A stretch of DNA of 64,000 nucleotides from positions 9,314-73,313 of the forward strand of contig JAHJTG010000008.1 of the NCBI GenBank assembly GCA_018829965.1. The letters are read 5' to 3'. Made by a program: the position numbers and the translations under genes. Every line of letters begins with the position of its first letter. The first letter of the stretch is position 1. This document shows, piece after piece, positions 29,094 to 37,067 of the stretch. Source of the stretch: Patescibacteria group bacterium. GTDB taxonomy: Bacteria; Patescibacteriota; Minisyncoccia; Minisyncoccales; Staskawiczbacteraceae. The notes under the pieces were generated by a model. That model was given only the letters and a program-made list of their open reading frames with translations, did not search any database and was not told the origin of the DNA.

Positions 29094-29423
29094 CTAATTT
29101 ATCCCCCAGAATTTTATTATTTGGACATCATCTAACCCCCAAATTCTCATTAGAATAAAATCCTTGAAATCGCTTATAATTATACCCATACTCAAAAAAA
29201 TCAAAACGTATCCAACATATTTTCTGCTTTTTTTAAAAAACAAATAAGATAAACTGATAAATAACAATAACAACCCAAATATCCAATGATGCGGAATCCA
29301 TATTATCTGCCCCCCAATGATATGCCCTATTCTCCCGATAGCATATCCCATAAACACTGCGAAGGTATATATAAAATATTTTATAGACATTATTGCTCTT
29401 AATAATATCTTACCTTTTTCCAA
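29094..29423 (-). CDS. Small membrane protein
   Basis: Three predicted TM helices; 109 aa. Confidence 0.5.
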   Translation of the reverse strand: MEKGKILLRAIMSIKYFIYTFAVFMGYAIGRIGHIIGGQIIWIPHHWIFGLLLLFISLSYLFFKKSRKYVGYVLIFLSMGIIISDFKDFILMRIWGLDDVQIIKFWGIN

Positions 29424-29483
29424 TAGTTTTTCAAGCCAGCAGGCGCAGGATTGCCAAGCACTAATCTACGGATAGTGCTCGGC

Positions 29484-29512
29484 TAAAACAAAAAACCGCA
29501 TTTCACGGTTTT
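29484..29512 (-). terminator. Rho-independent terminator downstream of the 16S gene
   Basis: aaccg-ugaaau-gcgguu hairpin followed by uuuuuguuuu on the minus strand. Confidence 0.6.
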
Positions 29513-29698
29513 TTGTTTTAGTTTCTTAAAGCTGTTTCGAATATCCGATTTTGACGATTTCGTACAGTAGCAAGCTGTATGAAACATTACTTCGGTAAAC
29601 GTTTTAACTTGAAATCCAAATTTAAGACTTCAAATTAAGTCGACAAAAAAATATAAAAAAATTGATCCACGACCAGGTTCCCCTAGCCGTGCCTTGTT

Positions 29699-30477
29699 CA
29701 TGCTATTCCCCTATATCGCTATAAGGCATGGACTATATCATCATCCTTTCACAAAATATTTTTGACTTTACTGGATGGTAAGAATTTACAATTTTAGCAA
29801 ATCTCTCGTGATGTTTAGTAGAAACAAATATTCTCCAATAATCAGGGTCAACTTTTTTACTCGGATTATGGATTTTTCCAGTTTCTATCTTTAAACTTTT
29901 GAGAAGTAACTTTAATTGCTTGATTTTGCTTAAATCCTTTTGGACTAACTGAATATAAAATCTGTCTTTTGTATGAGGAACGCCACCTTCGGCGTCAAAA
30001 AATCCTTTTACATAAAACAATTTTTCATAATAGTTATCCAAATTTATAGGATTAAATTTGAAATCTAAGTCTTTACAAAGTGTCTCTAAAACATACATAT
30101 TTCTATCCTTTCCCTCTTTGTAAATCCATGATTTGCAATTAATTTTACCTAGCAAAATTTGTAAATTTTCCAACCACTGCTTATTTTTCTGGGAGAATCT
30201 AATTCTCTTTCCTTTGTTTAAAGAGGCATCATGAATCGCTCCATTTAAATAAGCTATAATCTCATATTTTGTGGTAGGAGTTCGGCGTGTAGTCTCTGAG
30301 GGGTCAATTCTAATTTTATTAGAACGACTTCCCTGCTGATTGTCTGCACTAGAAACATTTTCACTCATATTATCTTATTATAATATGAGTAGTCCTAGAT
30401 TCACAGATGTTCCAGCATACAGCCAACTTTTTCTCTAAGGGTTACCCCTATGAGGTCGCAACATGCAGATTGCACTG
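29699..30477 (-). mobile_element. Group I intron in 16S after U1498 (decoding centre, inside the 1492R primer site)
   Basis: Exons rejoin as GGGGCUAAGUCGU|AACAAGGCACGG. ACAAUCAGCAGGGAAG and CCCCUCAGAGACUAC lie 5' of most of the ORF; GAUAUAGUCC lies 3' of it. Confidence 0.85.
29733..30368 (-). CDS. LAGLIDADG homing endonuclease (double-motif)
   Basis: IIAYLNGAIHDAS and VKGFFDAEGGV motifs. The tracked N-terminus reads through intron core elements, so the true start is uncertain. Confidence 0.8.
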   Translation of the reverse strand: MSENVSSADNQQGSRSNKIRIDPSETTRRTPTTKYEIIAYLNGAIHDASLNKGKRIRFSQKNKQWLENLQILLGKINCKSWIYKEGKDRNMYVLETLCKDLDFKFNPINLDNYYEKLFYVKGFFDAEGGVPHTKDRFYIQLVQKDLSKIKQLKLLLKSLKIETGKIHNPSKKVDPDYWRIFVSTKHHERFAKIVNSYHPVKSKIFCERMMI

Positions 30478-30893
30478 ACGACTTAGCCCCTCTTATTAAG
30501 CCCAGCGTAGGATCCCGTAAACGGGACACTTCGGCTGTTCCTAACTCGCTTGGCTTGACGGGCGGTGAGTACAAGACTCAGGAACATATTCATCGCCGCA
30601 TAGCTGATCGGCGATTACTAGCGATTCCAACTTCATGAGGGCGGGTTTCAGCCCTCAATCCGAACTAAGACCGATTTTGGTGGGATTTGCTTCACCTTGC
30701 GGTTTTGCGTCCCATTGTCTCGGCCATTGTACCACGTGTGCGGCCCAAGTCATCAAAGGGCCATGCTGATTTGGCGTCATCCTCGCCTTCCTCCCAGTTG
30801 TCCCGGGCAGTCCCCTATGACATATAAAACATAGGGCAAGGGTTGCGCTCGTTACCCGAATTAACGGTACGTCTCAAGACACGAGCTGACGAC

Positions 30894-31713
30894 CATATTG
30901 ATCTATAATTTCTTATAGTATGGACTATACCATCTTCCATCCGCCTGAGGCGGATTAGGAGACCAGCGTTTAATGATAGGTTATATCATTAAGTTTTCTC
31001 GCCTTTAGAGAAAACTAAGTCTCTACGGGGTATAAAAACTAATTTTTGTAATTTTATCGAATAATTATAAATTTTTTCTAAAAATTCTCTTGCCTGGTAT
31101 CGCGAGATATAAAGGCAAAATGTCTTTGCTGTTTTGTAGTAATAAATTTTTGTATTACTAATTCCTATCCTTAAAAGAAGACTTTTATCAATTTCTGCTT
31201 CATTTTTATTTCCATATACTATCCTGCAATCATTTCTAAAGTTCTTATCGATTGAACCGTCTCCATCAAACCTTCCTGCAAAATATGCATTAATTAAATT
31301 ATCTTTTTCTAATTTAATTAAATTATTTCGTGCCTCTCTAAATTCTCTCAGGAATGGACGGCTATTAACAAAAATATGATTTCTATTAAATTTTATCCTA
31401 TCTTCAGAAAAAAACTTCAATAGAAAATCTTTAAACTTGGCTATCAAAGCAGGGTCTACATTACTTAGACCAATCGAACTTGACCACCAATAACTATCTG
31501 CACACCAAAGTCCTAAGATATAAGAATCTTCTTCTCTAGAGAAAAAATTACAAAAATTAGTTTTTATACTTCCCACGGTATTGCCATTAATTATTATATT
31601 TTAACATAATAATTAGAAGGTTTCACCGTTATGAGCTGGTTTTTTACCGTATTAAAATAAATTAGTACGGGGCATTTCACTAAAAATTACTTTTTAGTGG
31701 GTCGTTATAACAC
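30894..31713 (-). mobile_element. Group I intron in 16S helix 34 (after ~U1060)
   Basis: Exons rejoin as GGUGCUGCAUGGUU|GUCGUCAGCUCGUG. Core elements AAUACCGUGGGAAG, CCCCGUAGAGACUUAG, GGUAUAGUCC. Confidence 0.85.
30989..31576 (-). CDS. LAGLIDADG homing endonuclease (double-motif); GTG start
   Basis: YILGLWCADSYWW and AYFAGRFDGDGSI motifs; 195 aa. Confidence 0.85.
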   Translation of the reverse strand: MGSIKTNFCNFFSREEDSYILGLWCADSYWWSSSIGLSNVDPALIAKFKDFLLKFFSEDRIKFNRNHIFVNSRPFLREFREARNNLIKLEKDNLINAYFAGRFDGDGSIDKNFRNDCRIVYGNKNEAEIDKSLLLRIGISNTKIYYYKTAKTFCLYISRYQAREFLEKIYNYSIKLQKLVFIPRRDLVFSKGEKT

Positions 31714-31981
31714 AACCATGCAGCACCTGTTCTGCTGCCTTGTGGGGGGCCATCCTTTCAGACGGCTTTCAACAGAATTTCTAGACTTGGTAAGGTTCTT
31801 CGTTTGTTGTCGAATTAAGCCACATGGTCCACCGCTTGTGTGAGTCCCCGTCTATTTCTTTGAGTTTTAGCCTTGCGGCCGTACTTCCCAGGCGGATCAC
31901 TTAACGCATTAGCTTCGCCACTGACAGGGTCGACACTGCCAATAGCCAGTGATCATCGTTTACAGCGTGGACTACAAGGGT

Positions 31982-32961
31982 CATCTTGTAGTTTTTTCTT
32001 ATTTCTTCGATTACTCGAAGGATCGGACTATATCATTTTCTGAAGTTTTTCCATTTGTTTTTCTTTTCAGTAATATATTTTTCTACTACTGCTTTAGAAA
32101 AACCTGTCAATTCACTAACTTCAGAAATCCAGCGTTGTTGTAAATCATGGTCTTTGTAAATAATCAAGACCTTCGGTAGCATTTCTGCCACTTTTATATG
32201 CGGCATTATAATCCGCAAAAACTTCTTTAACTCTTCGCTTGAGCGAATCCATAAACGATAATATATTCTTTCTTCATTCATCCATTTTCTAGTTATTTTA
32301 CCAATATGAACATTTATGTCCCATACTTTTTTTAAGTAATTAGACAATAATTTTTGCTCTTCATAAGAAAAACAATCTGTACAAAATACTCCCTTCCTTC
32401 CATTACCTATTATAGATCCATCATCAAGCCACCATATCGCTAAAGATAAAGGAGTTATTGCATTAAGCCACTTACGGCTAATTTTAAATACTCCTTTTTT
32501 ATGAGTTAAATCATATAACTCTGTTAATTCTGGTATTGCTACGCTTTGATATCGCAATTTTTGACCGCCAAATCCATCTTTTATTTCTGATTTCCAAAAA
32601 TAGTTTTCCCCGGAAATTTCCTTTAATTCATTTACTTTCCAGAAAAAATATTCCTTTTGCTTGATAGAATGACGGAAAGAAAAACGAGCATTTTTATAAT
32701 TATCGTTAATCTTCAGCGATCCATCGCCTAGCAAAGAACCAAGAATAATATCTTTGCAATTTTTAGACAAAAATGAATTTTTCATTTTCTATCTTTTTGA
32801 CTTACATAGTCTCTACGGGGTCGCTATCTTAAAAAGACGCGACTTCCCTCGGGATTATCCATCCGACTAAAATGGGTTTCCCCGATACAGCTAGATGCTC
32901 ACCATATTGTCACCAATATGGAGGACACCATTTAGTCTGTTAATTTCACAGACAAGGATTT
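31982..32961 (-). mobile_element. Group I intron in the 16S 790 loop (after U793, inside the 806R primer site)
   Basis: Exons rejoin as GGAUUAGAU|ACCCUUGUAGUCCACGC. AAUCCCGAGGGAAG and CCCCGUAGAGACUAUG precede the ORF; GAUAUAGUCC follows it. Confidence 0.85.
32033..32785 (-). CDS. LAGLIDADG homing endonuclease (double-motif, with C-terminal helical extension)
   Basis: IILGSLLGDGSL and LAIWWLDDGSI motifs; 250 aa. Confidence 0.9.
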   Translation of the reverse strand: MKNSFLSKNCKDIILGSLLGDGSLKINDNYKNARFSFRHSIKQKEYFFWKVNELKEISGENYFWKSEIKDGFGGQKLRYQSVAIPELTELYDLTHKKGVFKISRKWLNAITPLSLAIWWLDDGSIIGNGRKGVFCTDCFSYEEQKLLSNYLKKVWDINVHIGKITRKWMNEERIYYRLWIRSSEELKKFLRIIMPHIKVAEMLPKVLIIYKDHDLQQRWISEVSELTGFSKAVVEKYITEKKNKWKNFRK

Positions 32962-33239
32962 ATCTAATCCTTTTTGATCCCCACGCTTTCATTCCTCAGT
33001 GTCAGAATCGTCCCAGCTAACTGCCTTCGCTTTTGGTGTTCCCGACGATATCAACGGATTTCACCCCTACACCGTCGGTTCCGTTAGCCTCTAACGTCCT
33101 CTAGTCAAATAGTATCTTTAGCAATTCAAAGGTTAAGCCGATGAGTTTTAACTAAAGACTTATTTAACCACCTACGAATCCTTTATGCCCAGTAAATCCG
33201 GGTAACGCTCGGGGGTTCTGTATTACCGCTCCTGCTGGC

Positions 33240-34072
33240 CGAATAACGAAAAATTATTCGTTTTGGACTATATCATCACCTCGCTTCAGCGAGGGTTCGG
33301 CGTCTGATGATGGGTTCAAATACCACCATCTCATCCACTTAAGGATTCAGTCTCTGAGGGGTTAAAGCACAATAAGGTAATCTTTTTGAAAAACACGAAA
33401 TAATATTCGGAGAGATCAAATTTAAAAATTTATCTCTTCCTTTTGCCCCGATATATATTTCAGGATATCTTTTGCCTCTGCAAAGAGGCGTATGAATATT
33501 GGATTCTATTCCGAAGTTTTTCTTTAAAACCTCAACCAATAATTTATTCTCTTCGACGCTAAATGCATTTGTGCAAAAAGAAAAATTATAATGGTCTTTC
33601 GGTCTGAAATCTAAACTTCCATCGTCCATATACCATACAGCTAAACTTAATGGAGAAATTAATAACTCCTGAATGTTTTTTGGAACAATTTTCTTTCCAT
33701 TTTTATAAAATATTTCTTTGTATCTAGAGATATCTTCTAAAAATTTCGTTTGAAAATACCATTGCTTATTATCTTTCCTCTGTTTTGGCGAACTTTTGCA
33801 TAAATTTTCAAAGCAAGAATATAACCAGAATACATATTCTTTATGTGCTTCTGATTGTTTTATTCTCAAGCATTTTCCATCTATCCAAGCATCGCCCAAA
33901 AGAGTGCCGATAATAATTTCGTGTTGTTTCTTTGTCATTACCTAATTATACTCAACTTCCCTGCTGATTGTCACATTAAAATTATCAACTTTGTGATAAA
34001 GGAGCATTAATGTGCTTTCCAGCATATAAGCCGAATTTTGATTCTGCGCCCGCCAACCTTCATGGGTTGGCC
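33240..34072 (-). mobile_element. Group I intron in the 16S 530 loop (after U516, inside the 515F primer site)
   Basis: Exons rejoin as CCUAAUUCUGU|GCCAGCAGGAGCGGUAAUAC. Core elements ACAAUCAGCAGGGAAG, CCCCUCAGAGACUGAAUCC, GAUAUAGUCC. Confidence 0.85.
33339..33938 (-). CDS. LAGLIDADG homing endonuclease (double-motif)
   Basis: IIIGTLLGDAWI and LAVWYMDDGSL motifs; 199 aa. Confidence 0.9.
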   Translation of the reverse strand: MTKKQHEIIIGTLLGDAWIDGKCLRIKQSEAHKEYVFWLYSCFENLCKSSPKQRKDNKQWYFQTKFLEDISRYKEIFYKNGKKIVPKNIQELLISPLSLAVWYMDDGSLDFRPKDHYNFSFCTNAFSVEENKLLVEVLKKNFGIESNIHTPLCRGKRYPEIYIGAKGRDKFLNLISPNIISCFSKRLPYCALTPQRLNP

Positions 34073-34371
34073 ACAGAATTAGGACCCCCTTATTCCTTCG
34101 GTACTGTCAGTCGCCAAAGGCGACTTCCTCCCGAAGAAAAGAACTTTACACTCCGAAGAGTTTCTTCATTCACGTAACGTCGCTCCATCAGGCTTTCGCC
34201 CATTGTGGAAGATTCTCGACTGCAGCCTCCCGTAGGAGTATGGCCCGTGTCGCAGTGCCATTGTTGGGGAACACGCTCTCACGCCCCCTACCCGTCATAG
34301 TCTTGGTAGGCCGTTACCCTGCCAACTAACTGATAGGCCGCAGGCCCATCTCAAAGTGGATTGCTCCTTTA

Positions 34372-34498
34372 CTCCTCCTTCGCTCTTCATTCCATTCAGA
34401 GCTACGACGGACGAGCCTTGCTTTACGCTTGCAAAGTATAAATACCTTGCGGCTTTGTCCATCTGAAGCTTTTTATGAAATAAAAAGCGAAAGAGGAG
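34372..34498 (-). repeat. 16S hairpin insertion (~E. coli 190-220 region)
   Basis: ~125 extra nt bounded by ctcctccttcgc / gcgaaagaggag inverted arms; no ORF. Confidence 0.65.
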
Positions 34499-34952
34499 AC
34501 TATCGGAAATTAGCCAATCTTTCGACTGGTTATGTCCGTCTTTGAGGTTGGTACCTACGTGTTACTAACCCGTTCGCCACTGACCCTTGCGGGTCCGTTT
34601 GACTTGCATGCCTTATCCACGTTACCAGCGTTCACCCTGAGCTAGAATCAAACTCTCAAAAAATTGAAGTTTGATTTAAAAGAAAATAAATTCTCTTTTG
34701 AATCTAGTTACAATGTGATAGCTTTATTCGAAACAACTTTAAAAAACTAATTATTTATCCAGTTTAAATAGGTTATTTTAAACTGGGGTGCATTATTAAT
34801 TTATCAATGTACGGGGTATTTGTTTTGAAAAACAAATCCCGAAGATATCCATCTTTACTTAAAGATAAATATCTTCGGGGTTCATTCAACCATTTTAAAT
34901 TTTAATTCTCCATCAATTTATATTTTTTATTTATTTTTTATATGCAATTACT

Positions 34953-34980
34953 ATTTTAGTGTTTTAAATCCCTTTGTCAA
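34953..34980 (-). promoter_or_regulatory. Candidate sigma70-type promoter for the 16S unit
   Basis: Minus strand reads TTGACA-16 nt-TAAAAT, ~300 nt upstream of the 16S 5' end. Confidence 0.45.
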
Positions 34981-35009
34981 TAGCTTTCTCAATAATTTTT
35001 CGTAAAAAA

Positions 35010-35081
35010 AGCCGGTGAGGTGGATCGAACACCTGGCCTACTGTTTACAAAACAGTTGCTCTACCGCTGAGCTACACCGGC
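35010..35081 (-). tRNA. tRNA-Thr (anticodon UGU)
   Basis: GCCGGUG-UA-GCUC-AGCGGUA-GAGC-A-ACUGU-UUUGUAA-ACAGU-AGGCC-AGGUG-UUCGAUC-CACCU-CACCGGC-U. Confidence 0.9.
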
Positions 35082-35413
35082 GTAATTGGTGGAGTTGTTG
35101 GTGAATTATTCTCTTCTTTTTTAACTTCCTCCTGCTTCTTCACAATCTTTTTTCTCGTTTTCTGTAAATGATTATCAATAAACTTTTCTATCTTCAAAAT
35201 AAACACTCTTGTTTTTGAAAGAGTCTTTAAGAATATTAACTTATCAAAACTAATACTTTTAACTTTCTTTTTAAATAAGCCTACAATGTTTTCTCTTTGA
35301 ACGCCTTCGTGAACTTCCGGCATCTGAATTAAAACCGGAATCTTCTTCCACAAAATAATCCCTATCCCAATTAAACTTAAGAATAAAATTATTGATGCTA
35401 TTAATACTGCCAT
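35072..35413 (-). CDS. Hypothetical membrane-anchored protein
   Basis: N-terminal TM helix, Lys/Glu-rich body. The last 3 codons overlap the tRNA-Thr 5' end. Confidence 0.45.
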   Translation of the reverse strand: MAVLIASIILFLSLIGIGIILWKKIPVLIQMPEVHEGVQRENIVGLFKKKVKSISFDKLIFLKTLSKTRVFILKIEKFIDNHLQKTRKKIVKKQEEVKKEENNSPTTPPITPV

Positions 35414-35415
35414 AT

Positions 35416-36000
35416 TTATATCTCGTACCTAGTAAATTTCTTTACTTCTATGTTTTCTCCAATTTTAGCAATGGCCTCTTCAATTAGATTTTTAATGGTT
35501 TTTGAGTCATCTTTTATCCATAGTTGAGACAATAAAGAAACTCCTTCTTTATATTTCTTTAGCTTCCCTTCAATTATTTGATCGACTATCTTTTGAGGTT
35601 TGCCAGAATCTTTTACCTGTTCTTGGTAAATTTTCTTTTCTCCGTCTATAAACTCCTCAGGGATATCTTCCTCTTTTACAAAAAAGGGCTTCATAGCTGC
35701 AATTTGCAAAGCTATCTCATGAGCTAGTTTCTTAAACTCTTCTGAGTTAGCAACAAAATCGGATTCACACCTAATATCTAATAAAACTCCTGTTTTTGAA
35801 TTTAAATGGATATATCCTTCAATCAATCCGCTCTTTACTTCTCTTGTAACCTTTTTATTAGCAACCGTCTTCCCCCATATTCTTAAGAGCTCTTTTGCTT
35901 TTTCAACATCACCCTTTGCTTCTGTTAAGGCTTTCTTGCATTCTGTTGGAGAAACTCCAGTTTCTTCCCTAAGTTGTTTAATTTCTTCTATAGTAGTCAT
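35416..36000 (-). CDS. tsf: Elongation factor Ts (short form)
   Basis: UBA-like N-terminus IKQLREETG....CKKAL.EA.GD.EKA...LR. Confidence 0.9.
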   Translation of the reverse strand: MTTIEEIKQLREETGVSPTECKKALTEAKGDVEKAKELLRIWGKTVANKKVTREVKSGLIEGYIHLNSKTGVLLDIRCESDFVANSEEFKKLAHEIALQIAAMKPFFVKEEDIPEEFIDGEKKIYQEQVKDSGKPQKIVDQIIEGKLKKYKEGVSLLSQLWIKDDSKTIKNLIEEAIAKIGENIEVKKFTRYEI

Positions 36001-36006
36001 AGAATT

Positions 36007-36726
36007 TTATTCTTTTACTCTCTTATTCTCAACTTCTTCTTTAGCTTTTAACACAACCTCTTTAATCTTCTCTAAAATATATTTTGCAGAACTTATAGAG
36101 TCATCGTTGGCTGGAATAGGATAGTCAGCTAAAGAAGGATCAATATTAGTATCGCAAACTGCAATAATCTTAATCCCCTTTCTTTTTGCTTCTCTGGCAG
36201 CCAAGCCATCTTTATTCATATCTAATACTAAAACTGCTTCAGGCAATTTTTGCATATCTTTTACTCCTTCAAACTTTATGCGAAGAGATTCAATCTCTTT
36301 TTCAATTTTCATTTTTTCCTTCTTAGTATATTTTTCTAACCCCCCGACTTCTTTCTGCTTTAATAAGTCCTTAAAATGAGTAACTCTTTTTAAAATTGTT
36401 TCAAAATTAGTAAAGGCACCACCCAACCATCTTTCATTTACATAAGGCAATCCGCAAATTTCAGCGTTTTCTTTTATTAACGCTTTTATTGGAACCTTTG
36501 TTCCGACAAGAAGCATATTCTTACCTTCAGAGATAAGAGCTTCAATAAACTTTAGTGCTTCATCAAACTCTTCTACAGTTTTCTCAAGATCAATAGTATG
36601 AACTGAGTTTTTTATACCTGAAACATACTGTTTCATCTTTGGATGAAGTTTAGAAACACGGTGCCCGAATTGGACATTCGCCTTTTCCATATCTTGGATA
36701 TTTAAACTAAACAAGTTTTTTACCAT
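36007..36726 (-). CDS. rpsB: 30S ribosomal protein S2
   Basis: GHRVSKLHPKM, ...NERWLGG..TN, ...D.N..AV.EA.K.GIP; adjacent to tsf. Confidence 0.95.
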   Translation of the reverse strand: MVKNLFSLNIQDMEKANVQFGHRVSKLHPKMKQYVSGIKNSVHTIDLEKTVEEFDEALKFIEALISEGKNMLLVGTKVPIKALIKENAEICGLPYVNERWLGGAFTNFETILKRVTHFKDLLKQKEVGGLEKYTKKEKMKIEKEIESLRIKFEGVKDMQKLPEAVLVLDMNKDGLAAREAKRKGIKIIAVCDTNIDPSLADYPIPANDDSISSAKYILEKIKEVVLKAKEEVENKRVKE

Positions 36727-36737
36727 ATTTTAATTGA

Positions 36738-36843
36738 ACGCGATACTAATCTACGAATAACATACCAATTATACGAATAACTTATAGTGAGTTTATTGAA
36801 CCATTTGTATTATTGGTATGCGAATTAGTATCATTGGTATCGC
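36738..36843. repeat. 106-nt structured repeat (copy 1 of 2) filling the rpmE-rpsB spacer
   Basis: ~80% identical to 51380-51486. Imperfect long inverted arms gcgatactaatctacgaataacataccaat / attggtatgcgaattagtatcattggtatcgc. Confidence 0.85.
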
Positions 36844-37056
36844 TTATTTTTTCTTTTTCTTAGCCATTCTGTCTTTAAACTTCTGCACCTGACCTAAGGT
36901 ATCAATAACCTTTTCCTTGCCGGTATAGAAAGGATGACAGTTAGCACAAATTTCTGTCTCAATAAACTCTTTAGTTGAGCCAATATTAAAAGAAGCGCCA
37001 CAGGCACAAGTGGCTTTTGTTTTCGGATAATAAATAGGATGTATATTTTTCTTCAT
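36844..37056 (-). CDS. rpmE: 50S ribosomal protein L31
   Basis: [10 protein letters not shown]...C.CG...CHPFYTGK; start moved to Met71 of the tracked ORF. The upstream part is repeat DNA. Confidence 0.9.
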   Translation of the reverse strand: MKKNIHPIYYPKTKATCACGASFNIGSTKEFIETEICANCHPFYTGKEKVIDTLGQVQKFKDRMAKKKKK

Positions 37057-37067
37057 ATTTGTATATT

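Larger units (their letters stand above)
29660..34665 (-). rRNA. rrs: 16S rRNA gene, ~5.0 kb: ~1.47 kb of exons, 4 group I introns, 1 hairpin insertion
   Basis: 5' GAGAGUUUGAUUCUAGCUCAGGGUGAACGCUGG; 3' GAACCUGGUCGUGGAUCA. All universal blocks are present and collinear. Flanks 29527-29545 and 34728-34750 are complementary (processing stem). Ends are +/-10 nt. Confidence 0.95.

Noticed and set aside
30450-30638. 62-aa ORF (+)
   Set aside because: It is antisense to the 16S 3' domain (the 1390-1500 region).
31949-32143. 64-aa ORF (+)
   Set aside because: It spans a 16S exon/intron border, antisense to the LAGLIDADG ORF.
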